Shown: in pieces, positions 40,270-54,199 of the stretch
How the letters are laid out: each line of letters starts with the position of its first letter
Numbering within the stretch: the stretch's first letter is position 1
Origin: Octopus vulgaris
Taxonomy: Eukaryota
Reading direction: 5' to 3'
Length of the DNA stretch: 64,000 nucleotides
Assembly (NCBI GenBank): GCA_951406725.2
Contig: OX597814.1
Location: 116,932,001 to 116,996,000, forward strand
Notes under the pieces: generated by a model
Databases searched by the model: none
Told to the model about the DNA's origin: nothing
What the model saw: only the letters and a program-made list of their open reading frames with translations
Program-made: the position numbers and the translations under genes

Positions 40270-41590
40270 AATTTTGATAGGTTCCTTCTGTGCGTCTAAT
40301 CGAGTTTGCATTCCCGCTGTATGTCTTCTGAAAGTCTCCACTTTCTGTGCGAAGGCGATATTCAGTGGTTTTTTTCACCTTCCTTATTTCTCTGGAGAAC
40401 GTTTTCGTATTGGATGTAAAATTGTTTCCTTTCTCAAATCTCCATATTCATTGAGTTTTTTTGTATCAGTGTTTCTCTTGTTGTTACCACTTCTCTTGTG
40501 AGGATCCATATTTTCTTTTCCCCTTCCTTCCTTTTCGGGATCTTACATCGTTTCCTCAGATTAGTTCATTTAATATTGATATATTTCCCCCCTCATTTAC
40601 TCAATCAATTTTTCAATCTTACTTTTTTCAGTTTAGATTTCGTCTCAAGTTTGCTTTTCTTTGCTTTTTGAAGGCATTCAACTAGTTTCAAATGACAGAT
40701 GCATAAGTAATTCCATTTAACTCAGGAATATCAGGTTTTAATTCTTGTATAATTCCTTTTGTTCCATAATTGCCAATTTCAATTTGTTCTTTTATTTTTT
40801 ATTTTTCATTTTCGCTCGTATTTGAGAGTTTATGAGGAGGTTCTCTAACGTTCATACATGCATGCCTTACAACTGCAAGCTTATTTAGAATTTTGTGCTT
40901 CACTTCCATCACAAATTCTCTGTGTTCTTCAGCAAATGCATGATCTTCAAATTCTGTTATTTTCCCACTTTCCTGGGCTATCTTTCTCAGGTTTTTCAGA
41001 AATTCCTATTTCTTCAGGCCCTTGTATGATTTCGCCAGATGACAGCCTTTCCCCTAAGACTCCTGACGGGCTTCACTCTTTACCTGATTCTGTCTTTCCT
41101 TCTGGTCTTATATTTAGGTCTGATTCTGCAACGTGCTTGAACGCAATTATTTCACTATATGTGAATCTATTCGGTCTAGAAAAATATTCATCCTACATTT
41201 GCTAACTTGTTTTCATCCAGATAAGATCAGCTGCCTCGATTTCGAGTTCTCTCTAATTTATATGCAATTGTGGTATGTCACTTTCGAGATGGCATACCAA
41301 ATGCAGAGTAATAAGCATGTGTTACTTTATTATACTCTTCCTTGATCCGGTTCATCTTTTAAAAAAGTCTATTTCTGGTGGCTTTAATGATGAACTTGGA
41401 GGGCTCCATTTGTGGCAGTTCCCATTCAAGTGGTATTCCAGGTGCGTATTCGAAGGGTTTGTGCCAGTTGAGGACGTTTCGATTCTAGGCTGGCCCTCAC
41501 CTGGGGGACACGCTCCTAGATTGACCATTGGACAAGCGACTGGCGTACACTTTTTAAGTTTCCTGTTTGTTTCTTAAAACATTTTTGTGC
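40270..41590 (-). mobile_element. R4/Dong-type LINE 5' region, degenerate
   Basis: Frameshifted peptides such as EEYNKVAHAYYSA and LDENKLANV...NRFTYSEI resemble Dong/R4 N-termini; 5' end abuts a trinucleotide array. Confidence 0.6.
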
Positions 41591-41594
41591 AGCA

Positions 41595-41755
41595 TTCTTC
41601 TTCTTCTTCTTCTTCTTCTTCTTCTTCTTCTTCTTCTTCTTCTTCTTCTTCTTCTTCTTCTTCCTGTTGATGTTGTTGTTGTTGTTGTTGTTGTTGTTCT
41701 GCTTCTTCTTCTTCTTCCTGATGATGTTGTTGTTGTTGTTGTTGTTATTGTTGTT

Positions 41756-41788
<33 letters not shown>

Positions 41789-41844
41789 CTTCTTCTTCTT
41801 CTTCTTCTTCTTCTTCTTCTTCTTCTTCTTCTTCTTCTTCTTCT
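41595..41844. repeat. (CTT)n/(GTT)n compound microsatellite
   Basis: Directly visible. Confidence 0.97.
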
Positions 41845-42538
41845 CTAAAATGGGTTAAAGAAGACGGGTTGATTCGTGGTATTGATACTTGTTGCTTTGG
41901 GGATGTGATTGCAACTTCAATCAATAAGACGTGTCTTCATGAATAAGGAGAGGGAAAAACCTCTTAAAACTTTGAACAAAGCAGCCGGGGCCTTCTTGCA
42001 TTCTGTTAATTTTTAATCACCTAGATGTTATAGATATTGCAGAATGTAAAGTAAGTCGCTGTAAATAATTATTCACGTTTTCACTCCTTGAAAAAGTTGC
42101 TCAGCATTGGCTCATCAATATACTCTGACATATGGATCATCATAAGCATAAAGTTTTACAATTTATAGCATTTGAAATTGCGTAAAGCAAGATAATTTCA
42201 TAACTCGTAAAAGTCGTACTCATGTACGTAACCGATAACATAAGTTGTTTCACAGATACAACCGGGAGTATTGCTGAGGTTGCGCAATCTATGCCAACTA
42301 GATATGAACTAATAATGAACTTTGACAGATCAGATCAAGGAAGAAATGTCTACAAACTTAGTGTAATATAAACAACAAAGAATACTTAAGCAGAAGAAAA
42401 AAATACACTGCTAGTATAAGAGATGCTACTGAAAAATAAAAGACGTAAATGCACGAGGAAAACTAGATTGCAGAGCCACTTTCTCAGAGCGAGATGTTCA
42501 ATGTGAAAACGAGGGTAGAATGAAGTAGCTAGGTATAT

Positions 42539-42777
42539 ATTTATTTCTTTACTACTCACAAGGGGCTAAACATAGAGGGGACCAACAAGTACAGACAAAC
42601 GGATTAAGTCGATTACATCGATCCCAGTGCGTCACTGATACTTAATTTATCGACACCGAAAGGATGAAAGGTAAAGTCGACCTCGGCGGAATTTGAACTC
42701 AGAACGCAGCGGCGGACGAAATACCACAAAGCATTTCGTCCGGCGTGTGCTAACGTTTCTGCCAGCTCGCCGCCTTC
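42539..42777 (-). mobile_element. SINE family C monomer, full length, with TSD
   Basis: Homologous to 25904-26135; TSD agc(t/c)aggtatat at 42527-42538 and 42778-42789. Confidence 0.92.
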
Positions 42778-44654
42778 AGCCAGGTATATGCTGGGAAGGT
42801 GAAATATGTCGGTGCTAGCCTATTTTGTATTAAAGCGTCAAACATAAAAAATTATTGCGCACACCATTGAAAGGGTGAAGCGGTGTCAACATTGGATAAC
42901 GGGAGGTACATTAGATAGATCTCTTCGATATATTGGAAATAAGTGCGGAAAATAAATGGCATGTTTCGTTAAAATATTTGATCCACTTAGCGAAATATAT
43001 CAATTTTGGAATCGATTGTAAGGCAACTCATCAATAAACCGTCAATTAAAAATCTTTTTGAAAATAGATCCAAGTAAACATATTTAATGGGTACAGCGAA
43101 ATATGTACGTACATGCATACATAGGTACATGGTACACATAGACAGACACACACACACCTGTAACACACAACCACACATGCATACACACTTTTATCAAAAA
43201 CGACATCATGCATACACAAACACACACACACATGCGTACTTCTATTACAAACAACATCATATTTTCATTCCCTCGATACAATAGCTAAAATGTAAATATA
43301 AATTATGTACACGTAGAGAATTTTACTTTAATGTTGCTTAGAAAATTTGTAGTTGATTCAAAATTTCAAAAATAAAATTATATATATGTAGATTATAATT
43401 ATTCCCTTTCCAACGACGTAATTTACTTGCAGTAGCGATAGAAATGTAGCGATTAATTCCATATCATATGGATCGATTTATATGGTCCAAAAATTGATGA
43501 CTAAATTCATTTTTCAAAGGAAATCAACTCTATCCATGATTTCTGATTATCTATCAAACTGAAAGAAAATCAGTCTTTAATGTGATTATGAAATTATTTT
43601 CCCTTTATCAGCTGAAAAAAAAAAACTCCACCATCTGCGTAACATGTCCAAATATCGAAAAATTATTTTATTTTTATAAGCATTTGCGGAATATACACGC
43701 AAATGTGTGTGTAATTGTAAAGTATCTTGTGATGAAGATAGTTATAAATTAAATCTACTGTAAAACTCATTGATTTTCATCGTCATTGCAGCTGTTACGA
43801 ATTCGTAATGTATCACAGGGTTGTTACAAAGGATTTAAAACGAAATGCAAGCTTCAAATAAAGATAAATGATAAATAAGAAATTTATATCAATTATGAAG
43901 AACACTGACACAAACACACAGCCCCGCAAAATACACTCATACATCAATATGTATGTTGGTATACATGTGCATACATGCATACGCACACACATATATACAC
44001 ACACATGCCCATATATAGACAAAGAGATAAACGGGGGAAAGAGAGAATGAGAGAGAAAGAAAACAGTCATTTTATTAAATGGTGGTAGAAATGTAGGAAA
44101 CAGAAGCTCAAAGTGCACTGGGAGTCTTTTAGATGGCTTATTTGTAAATGCTGAAGTGATTGAATAGATTCTTCTGCTCTCCCCATCATACGAGACATAG
44201 AATGCCGCAACTGTCTTGCTTCTGAATGGAGTTAGAAAATATTTTGTTTGAACATGAAGAATTTTAGTAGAAACAATCGACTCTCGTATTTTATTTTTTT
44301 AATACGTCTTGGCTTCTGAGGACGTAAACAAAGCAACATTGGCTGAAAAACGGTAGTGTGAAACAAAAACAGACTTAAGCACACGCATATTCTCGCACGC
44401 GTAAACACACGCATATTTCACTTTTGGATTTGGATTGCAAGATTTTTTATGTGAGTTCGTGTGTTGAAGCATATACTGTTGTGTCTGGGGATAGTCATTC
44501 TCTTTTAGCGCCTTGTAATTTAATACATTCATCGGTAAAATTTCCACTCATTTACTTATTTAAAAAAATTTTTTGAGCCTTAAACTAATACATGTTTGTT
44601 GTTTACACACACGTCTTCGTCTGTTGTTTTTTTGTAAACTCTCACTATACTATG

Positions 44655-44735
<81 letters not shown>

Positions 44736-44737
<2 letters not shown>

Positions 44738-45143
44738 CTTTTACTCTTTTGTTTGTTTCAGTCATTTGACTGCGGTCATGCTGGAGCATCGCCTTTAGTC
44801 GCGCAAATCAATCCCAGGACTTATTCTTTGTAAGATTTTATTGCCGAACGGTTAAGTTACGGGGTGGTAAACACACCACCATCGGTTGTCAAGCGATGCC
44901 GGGGGGACAAAAACACACACACGCACACACACACACAAACAAACACACACACACACATAAATAAATATATATATATATATATATATATACGACGGGATTC
45001 TTTCAGTTCCCGTCTATCAAATCCACTCGCAAGGCTTTTGCCGAGGATGTAGTAGAAGACAGTTGCCAAAGGAGGTGCCACGCAGTGGTACAGAACCGGA
45101 AGCATGTGGTTGGTAAGCAAGCTACTTACCACACAGCCACTCC
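44736..45143 (-). mobile_element. SINE family A
   Basis: Reverse complement of 34528-34931. Confidence 0.9.
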
Positions 45144-46216
45144 ATATACATAAAAATAGTAAAACTTATGTGTACAGGTAGATGTGAGATAGCTATTGTG
45201 GTTGACTTTAGGACTCTGCTTATATTTCCAGCACCCAGTTCACTTTCAGTGTTGACTACAATGGTTAGTAAGACTATTGACTATGCTGGTTTTGTGCTAG
45301 AATTTGAAACTCATATCACTGATTAGGGTACCCGGAACAAATTTTGATAGATAAATAAAACCAATACACTCGCAAAATCCAAAGCAGCGGTTTCAAATAG
45401 CCAGGATTATGAAATGTACGTAGGGGGAACACATGGTATTAAACTGTCTATCACAACATCTTATATATATATATATATATGTGCGTGTGTATATATATAT
45501 ATACATATACAAACAGAAAGAGAGAGATACACACCAGACACACGCTGGTGATATGGACGTATCATCAGCGTCAGTGAAACTGAAATACCGTACATTAAAA
45601 TATTATAAAGCCTCCGTACGGCTTAAATGAGTATGAAACTTCATTCGAACTATAATTTTGTTTTGCAAATAAAATCCGGAAAGGTGTAACCTCATGGATT
45701 GTGTCATTGTCGCTTGCTTCTCAAATTAAGAGTAAATGACATAATTCCTTCCGTTTGTTGTTATGGTGGTCACTCACACGTATTATAGAGGGAATGATGA
45801 TGAGAGAAAATACGTCTTGCGTTAGCACAACAATATTTCTCTATGTCGTAAACCGTGTGTTATTCTATTTGTTTTCCCCCTTAACACCTCTGTTTCCTTC
45901 GTTCTTCATATTCTTCTAATTGGAACATTAAAAATGGTGCACCAATGATGTCATAAACAATTCATTGGCGATCTACTTCTCCATTAATATACTCTGAAGA
46001 TAAACACGGTGCGGCATTCAGTTCGTAGTTTTATGGGGGAACAGTGACACATAAAACATATTAAGGTTACAAAGAGCATAGTATCATGAGTTACATATCG
46101 TGACAATTTCAAAAAGAAAGGAAGCTGAATAAAATATTTCTCTGGTACTTATTTCCCTCGTCTGAATAATAGATGAAACAATAACTGCATAAGTCTACCT
46201 ACATACATACTTACGG

Positions 46217-46217
<1 letters not shown>

Positions 46218-46314
<97 letters not shown>

Positions 46315-46363
46315 ATATCTATCTATTTATCTATCTATCTGTCTGTCTAACTGTCTGTCAATA

Positions 46364-46395
<32 letters not shown>

Positions 46396-46396
46396 A

Positions 46397-46446
<50 letters not shown>

Positions 46447-46472
46447 TTATCTATCTATCTAACTATCTATCA

Positions 46473-46513
<41 letters not shown>
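46218..46513. repeat. (TATC)n and (TA)n microsatellite
   Basis: Directly visible. Confidence 0.97.
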
Positions 46514-46517
<4 letters not shown>

Positions 46518-47263
46518 TATTCGTAATATTTATAGGGTACCGATTTTTTTTTTTTTTCAGAAATTTCACTACCAGAGGCCTAGCACGTACAAAAAGTTAA
46601 TAGACAACATATTCTCCATGTATATTTTATTTGCTAATATGTGTTTGAAATCTATGTATGGCTGTAAAAAAAGAACAATGTAAAAGTTATTTTTCATTCC
46701 ATTCGACATTGCTCTTAAATATGGTTTTGGTTGTTTTGACTACTTCATCTAGCGTGTAAGGCTGCCTGTTACAGTTCGCCTCTCTCGTGTTTGTGTTTAA
46801 ATGTTCACTAATTATATACATATATATATGAATGCCCGTAAGTATGCATCTATAAAGGCATGTGCTTAGAGTGTGTGCGTATGGTAAGTCCTAATATGAA
46901 CCAATGACTGATTCCGGTTATAGAACACCAGTGATCAAAAGAAACCTTCGAATTCCTGTATTTCTTATAAATATAAAAATTTTAATTTCTTAGTGTTGCC
47001 TTGTCTGCAGCCAATTTTCCAATGGCATTACTTATTTGCGTCGGTTTCTTTTGATATATATCTAATCTAAGGTAAGCTTATCAAGGTTCAGAAGCTGATC
47101 ATAAATATATAAATAACATTACATAGAGAATTTCCTTCATGAATTCTCGTTTGCTATTTCCAATTAGGATAACCGCGGACTGTATAACATCAATATACAC
47201 ACGGAAACATACACACGCACGCATACACCTCACACACACACACACACACGTGCGTGTGTGCTA

Positions 47264-47297
<34 letters not shown>

Positions 47298-47315
47298 TCA
47301 TAGTATATATACATA

Positions 47316-47387
<72 letters not shown>

Positions 47388-47389
<2 letters not shown>

Positions 47390-47756
47390 AGCGGCTCTGT
47401 GGTAAGTAGCTTGCTTACCAACCACATTGTTCTGGGTTCAGTCCCACTGCGTGGCACCTTGGGCAACTGTCTACTGCAATAGCTTCGGCCCGACCAAATC
47501 CTTGTAAGTAGATTTGGAAGACGGAAACTAGAAGAAGCCTGTCGTATACATGTATATACATATATATGTATGTATGTGAGCGTATATGTTTATGAGTCTC
47601 CGTTTGTCCTCCCAACATCACTTGACAACCGATGCTGGTGTGTTTATGTCCCGTAACTTAGCGGTTCGGCAAAAGGACCCGATAGAATAAGTACTAGGCT
47701 TACAGAGAATAAGTTCTGGGGACGATTTGCTCGACTAAAGGCGGTGCTCCAACATG
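47388..47756 (+). mobile_element. SINE family A
   Basis: Homologous to 34528-34931. Confidence 0.9.
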
Positions 47757-47795
47757 TAAATGAGAATATAAATAAAGAATACACACACACTTATA

Positions 47796-47856
<61 letters not shown>

Positions 47857-48129
47857 TGTGTACACATTCATCGTAACTACATGCATGCATATATATTTGT
47901 GCATTTTATCGTAGTCTGTTGATATATGTACTTGTGCATGTCTGTGTGTTGTGGTGAGTGCGTTTGTATGTTTGTGTGTATGCGTGTGTGTGCGCGTTTG
48001 CGTGTTGTATATGTGCATGTTACTGTTTGCGCGTATGTACATAGAGTGTGTGGGGCGTATACATGGATGCACACAGTATTTCTAATTTAAGGATAAGCCT
48101 AGAAATATTTCACTAGATATTAGTCGTAA

Positions 48130-48295
48130 ACATGACATCAAATCATCACTTGAGTTATACTTCAATTTATTCTGTACAAATACACGAAAGGCAAAGGTAG
48201 CATCGGTGAGATATTAAGGCGGAACGTAAATAGCCTAAACGCACAGCACAAGACATTTTTTCCGCCATTCTAAAATTTGGCCGATTCACCACGCT
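48130..48295 (-). mobile_element. SINE family C-related, very diverged
   Basis: cgaaaggcaaaggtagcatcggtgagat..cggaacgtaaa...ccgattcaccac is colinear with family C. Confidence 0.4.
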
Positions 48296-48354
48296 TCTGC
48301 GTATGACTGCACAAACACGTATACACACACGCGCTCGTGCGCGCACATATGTTT

Positions 48355-48794
48355 ATTGTTTTACTCTTTTGCTTCTTTCAGTCATTTGACTGTGGCCATG
48401 ATGGAGTACCGCCTTTGGTTGAGCAATTCGACCCCAGGACTTATTCTTTGTAAGCCTAGTACTTATTCTATCGGTCTCTTTTGCCGAACCGCTATGTTAC
48501 GGGGACGTAAACACAACACCATCGGTTTTCAAACAACGTTGGGGGGACAAACACAGACACTCAAACACACACACGCACACACACACACACACACACATAC
48601 GACGATATATATATATATATATATATATATACGACGAGCTTCTTTCAGTTTCCGTCTACCAAATCCACTCACCTGGCTTTGGTCGGCCCGTGGCTATAGT
48701 AGAAGACACTTGCCCAAAGTGCCACGCAGTGGGACTGAACCCGGAACCATGTGGTTTGTAAGCATGCTACTTATCATACAGCCACTCCTACGCC
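48355..48794 (-). mobile_element. SINE family A
   Basis: Reverse complement of 34528-34931. Confidence 0.92.
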
Positions 48795-51770
48795 TATGTA
48801 TACAAATATAAACATGTGAGTACCTTATATCTTGTAATCTATGTATTTATCTATCTATCTATCTATCTTTATATATATACGGAGAAAGGGGTATAATTCA
48901 AATATGCGAGTTAATGTTCATACTAATAAAGAAATTGAAAAGTAAGGATACGAAAACAATTTTCCACCAATCTTATTACAGTTTTCTATATATCTCCACT
49001 GGAATTTTAAAAAGTATTTACTACAAACACTGTAAGTAATTCCATCATATTGCTAAATAAGGTAATAAATACAAATTCGAATATTTTTGACCCAAAATAT
49101 TATAGATGATATTTATTTTCTCATTAGTTTATAATTCCCGTGTTGCAAATTTGTGTCGCATGTATTAAAATCATATGTGTAATAGTAACGAATTATCGAT
49201 TGTCTGGAGTTTCTGACACCTTTCCAACTATTACTGAAATCTTTATTCAACTAGGAATCTCAATACAAAATATTATTTATCAGTTTTCTTATCATTATTA
49301 TATTTTTTCTGAGTTGGTTATACTGGTACTTCACGCTGGTGTACTTGCAATGTATTCAGTAGTTGAGATTGCTCTATTAGTCTAATTGCCAAATGTTTAC
49401 TAAATTATCTACAAGACTTGTATAATATTCCTTTCGCTGAGATGTACTTGTGAAATTTGTTAAAGTCTAGATTAAACTATTGATATATTTATGAGAAAAA
49501 TCTAAATGCTTGCCAGTATACTTTGGTTTTAAGCTCAATGTTATTTTTAGATAAAATTTTAAATTCATGTTAGGTTGTTTGTTATATTTGTTTAATATTT
49601 CAAGACAAATTTATGTAATGCGATTGGTGTACATTACTGACAAGATAACCAAATATGTATTCATGCTAAATCGGAGGTGATATGTAGAGAATTAGTAAGA
49701 AAACTAGAATAAAATATCTGTAACGAGAAAAAGAAAAGGTAGAAGTCAATAGTTAGTATTATTTCCATTTAAATAGGAAACAAGAGAGATAACATTAGAA
49801 ATAACAGCATTCTACTTATTAAATTAATAATGATTAAGTCATTAAATTAAGGTGCAAGATCATATATTTCTTGACGTTGGTAACTGAATTGCTTAGATAT
49901 TCTTGTCCGATTGTCACTGATAGTAAGCTACACTATTGGAGGAATTTGAAAGAATTCATGTATAAAAGGGCATAGATTGAATCAATGAGCGAGAGAATTC
50001 CACTACAATCAGTAGATTGTTTGTGTTTTATTGTGCTGCTATTGAATATTCTCAAAATGGCAACTGATAGATAGTTTTTATTAACACTATATCGTATATG
50101 TAACACTATGTGATTCTTAACTATCATGACAAGCCGATTGACTATCTCATACTCTATTACGCTCATATTATCGAGGATGGGGATTAGACATTTCTACAAA
50201 GTAGTTTTTATCATTACACATGACACAACAAATACGTAAATAATTATCTAGCACGGTGTTTATTTTCAAAGCTAGATTCATGTCAGTACTAACACAATGG
50301 AATACAACCTAACATTGCTGTTTTCTTACCAGCTAAACAGAATAGCTTTCCTCCGCTACAAATAAAGAATTATAGCCTCTGTTTTGAATGGGATCATGCC
50401 TATTGTGGAAAAAATAGCATTCCTATAGGGCTAGAGTTCATATAGAATGTATGGAAAAAAGCAAGTTATGTTTATATTTTTATGAAGGAAATAATATATT
50501 ATTAACACCATTCGGAAAAGAGACCGCATTTCACTCCTAGGCTGTAAATCCTGTATACCCATATATATCCTTGTTGCTAACGATTATATATGGGAAAATT
50601 AATATTTAATTATAGGAAAAGCATGTAGTCTGAAAGATTTCCTATGATTCACGAAGAATTCTGCTCAAAAATAAAATACAAAGCAACAAGTAGGAACGTG
50701 TGCTGATATCTGTTTAATCAGATGGTTTAAATCAAGTCAATAACAATAAAAGAATACAAAGATACACAAGACAATGCTGTACAATACTTTATTCAGAAAC
50801 ATAATCTCTAGTAATACGATGTAAATATTGAATATCGGTTAAGTTTCTCAATGGTAGGTTCACCTTGCTGTTGTATTCCAAATCGTTAATTGTATTTTAT
50901 GTTACCAAAACCATAAATACCTTGATGTGGCATGAAACCCAATAATGATTAATAAAGGAAAGTCAATAATACATTGTCTAGAAAGCGGCTAATCTAACAA
51001 ATGATTTCTACACAACATATGATTAATATTTACGTTAAAGCGTTATGAGCGGTTATCGCACATATTTCAATGTTTACCACGAAGCAATGTTTACCAAATA
51101 TTACTCTTATTGAAGAAAGCTAATGGAAAAAGAGATCCTTAATTGATCCAGGAGCTGTGAAATGTTAAATAATTATTTCATGTGAAGATTGAAATATCGA
51201 CAGCTGTAGCACAATTATCAGTATACATCTACGTAACAGAAGCTACTTTAAGATCCGTTGGTCGAAAGTTTGCATCCCAAATGTTTCAAAATATAGTTCA
51301 ATATTGGTGTAGTTGTAACAAGAAACACGTATGAAGCGAACCTATAAACTACATGTGGAGACAAACGTGCTTTTGCTTCATTTATGTTTCCACAAATAGG
51401 TTCACTTCATCAATGAACATACTGAGAAATGAAAATAAAATAAAATAGAAAAGGAAATAATTATTAAGGCAATTTGGATAAATTTCACTGGTTAAATTTG
51501 GTCGAAATCATCGAGTCTTTTTTCACAAATAATCAGAAATTGATTCAATTATAAACATAACTAATAGTGCATAACTGCCATATGCTGGCAAAGAAAATAA
51601 AATCACGTGACATATTCCCTTATGGTGATATCATAATGTCTACTAAAGTATCTCACTAAACAAGCACGTATACACACCTGTGCTTTATGTGACTAAATAT
51701 AGATGCCATAATATACGAACATGCCACAATAATTTTGTAGAGTACTAATGATATTGAATATCCATTATTA

Positions 51771-52971
51771 TTAGGTTGTTTCACATGAAATGTCGCATTT
51801 TTAATTACTTGTTATTTCAGTAAATTAAAAACTCAATTATGTATACCTTGCATTCTTGACTCTTTTTCTTTCCCAACAATATTGGTGTACAAAATTCGTA
51901 CCCACAGACCTTTTGAAAATGATAACAACCAAACTATATCGAGTAATTTTCTCGTATGAATACAAACTGGGTAATTCTGCCGCAGAACCTCTACGGGATA
52001 TCAAGCGGGCCTTTGGTAATGGTTTTGTTGACATCAGAACTGTTCAGCGATAGTTCCAAAGCTCTCATTCAGGAGATGATAGCCTTGAAAATACACCAAG
52101 GGGTAGTCCAAAATCAGTCATTCGGCATGATAGATTACATGCTTTGTTTAACAAAATCCGAGAACGAAGGTTCGAAAATTTTTCATCAGCAATTCAAACG
52201 TTTCACACAATTGTTTTTGGACACCTGTAAAATAGGTTTGTTCCACATCAACTGAATGAGATTCACAAAGACAGACGCCTCGAAGTGTGCTCCTTATTGC
52301 TTTCCCGACTGGAAATGTAACTATTTTTGCATTAAATCATTACTTGATATGAGAAATGGATACTCTTTAGCAACAGCAGTACAGGACGGCGATTAAATGC
52401 AGGAGAGTCACCTAAATACTATCCAAACTCACCATGGCATGCTAAAAGGTTAGTGGACTATGTATGGTAGTCTGCGAAATGAATTATTTATTATTCCTTT
52501 TTGCAATAAGAAAAAACGGTAACACCAACATCGTATTACCAGGAAATCGATTGTATGCATGAAAATTTGAAAAAGAAGCAAACTAGACTAGTGAATAGAG
52601 ATAGCCCAATTTTCCTCCACGACAATGCACATCCTCACACTCTCCAAGATACGGCCCAAAAGTTGCATTATGAGATTTTGCAACATCCTCCCTATTCCCC
52701 TAATATCTTTCCTACTGATTATCAATTATTTAAGCATTTTGAGATTTTCATAAGCAATAAAACAGTCTTAAATAGAGAAGAGGTAATTGAAGCATTCAGA
52801 CAGTTTATCGCAGCAAAAGATGAATGATATTTTTTAAAGATGGAATATGTGACATAGAGAAACATTGGGTAACCATCATAAATGAACATGGATCATACTT
52901 TGATTAAATAAAGAATTTCTCTAACACTTCTGAAACTTTTCAAATACGACATTCCATGTGAAATAATCTAA
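51771..52971 (+). mobile_element. Full-length mariner transposon (D,D34D), inactive
   Basis: 30-bp TIRs ttaggttgtttcacatgaaatgtcgcattt / aaatacgacattccatgtgaaataatctaa (4 mismatches), TA on both sides. Confidence 0.95.
51919..52907 (+). pseudogene. Mariner transposase pseudogene
   Basis: MITTKLYRVIFSYEYKLGNSAAE...RTVQR*; IT*YEKW; FLHDNAHPH; HPPYSPNIFPTDY; GSYFD*; multiple stops and frameshifts. Confidence 0.92.
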
Positions 52972-53949
52972 TATCTGATGCCTGTTATATTTTTATTGCT
53001 TTTTAAGTCCTATGATTGGCGGATAATAATAATAAGAAGAAGGCACCAATACATTTTTTAAGGATGCATTATGCGTACCAATAACTCTTCTAGTGATTAA
53101 ACTAATGTAATTATCGAACCAGCGCAATGTCATTGAAAATGCTGTTCATGTTTATTTAGGAATGATTTATAGCAATGATAGGTATTGGAATTTTATGGAA
53201 AACAAGATATTATTTGGCTTCACGGACATTTTTTGAACATCATTTATATTTAGAAAACATTGTATATGAGATTAAAGTCAATCATTTATCACCAGTTTTT
53301 CAATGTATCCTTCCCAATAGAACCTGAGTGAGGAATACTACAAAATAGAACTGACGTTACCCACAAGAAACGCAATTTTAGTTTTGAATCACAACACAAT
53401 ATCAGAGTCGAGAAATAAGAATATTTTCATATTAATATTTGCATTTCTTCTGTATTTTGTTTGCATATCCTCCCATGATTGCAGTATTTGTTATATTGTT
53501 AAATTATAGAATAGATGAATACGTGACTATTAAATAAAGTTATATTAAAAGGTGATTTGGGAAGGAGTGTATTAGGTTGCTAGTTTTATATCCGCCGAGC
53601 GTTGTATGCATTGAGTAGATACACATTAATTGCCTGATTGTGATCGTACAACAGATTCCAAGCTTGCTTACAGGAAGTTTCCATCAGCGAGCAGCAACGA
53701 ACACGACTACTGTAACAAAGTTACTACCTCACTGTTATTAATTAGGATATACCAAATGCCTTTTCCAAAAGCATTATATGTACATCGTACTTTCCGGATG
53801 TGGATGGCAAAGACACTTATCGTTGTGATAATTAAAACGATATTTTTTAAAGATAATATACGCGTTTCCAAGTGGGTTATGCATGTATACACTTAGCATA
53901 TAATATAACATCACGATACTTTAATTTGGTGCTATTTACATTAAGAGCG

Positions 53950-53950
<1 letters not shown>

Positions 53951-54047
<97 letters not shown>

Positions 54048-54073
54048 ATCTATCTATCTATCTATCTATCTAC
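53951..54073. repeat. (TATC)n microsatellite
   Basis: Directly visible. Confidence 0.97.
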
Positions 54074-54199
54074 TATTTATGTAGAATCTGACCACCTCTT
54101 GTACTTACACCTAAGATCTATCAATGTTTTAAAAAGACACCCACATAAATTGCATATCTGCAGTTGCAGTTAAGTTCTGGTCTTTGTGGATTTTAAAAT

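Noticed and set aside
41460-41540. GAAACGUC at the Dong 5' end as a hammerhead or HDV-like ribozyme
   Set aside because: There is no CUGANGA box or helix II, and I could not assemble an HDV double pseudoknot by eye; it needs a descriptor search.
45778-45840. Candidate minus-strand 63-nt exon with a gtgagt donor
   Set aside because: The acceptor lacks a polypyrimidine tract and the frame is ambiguous.
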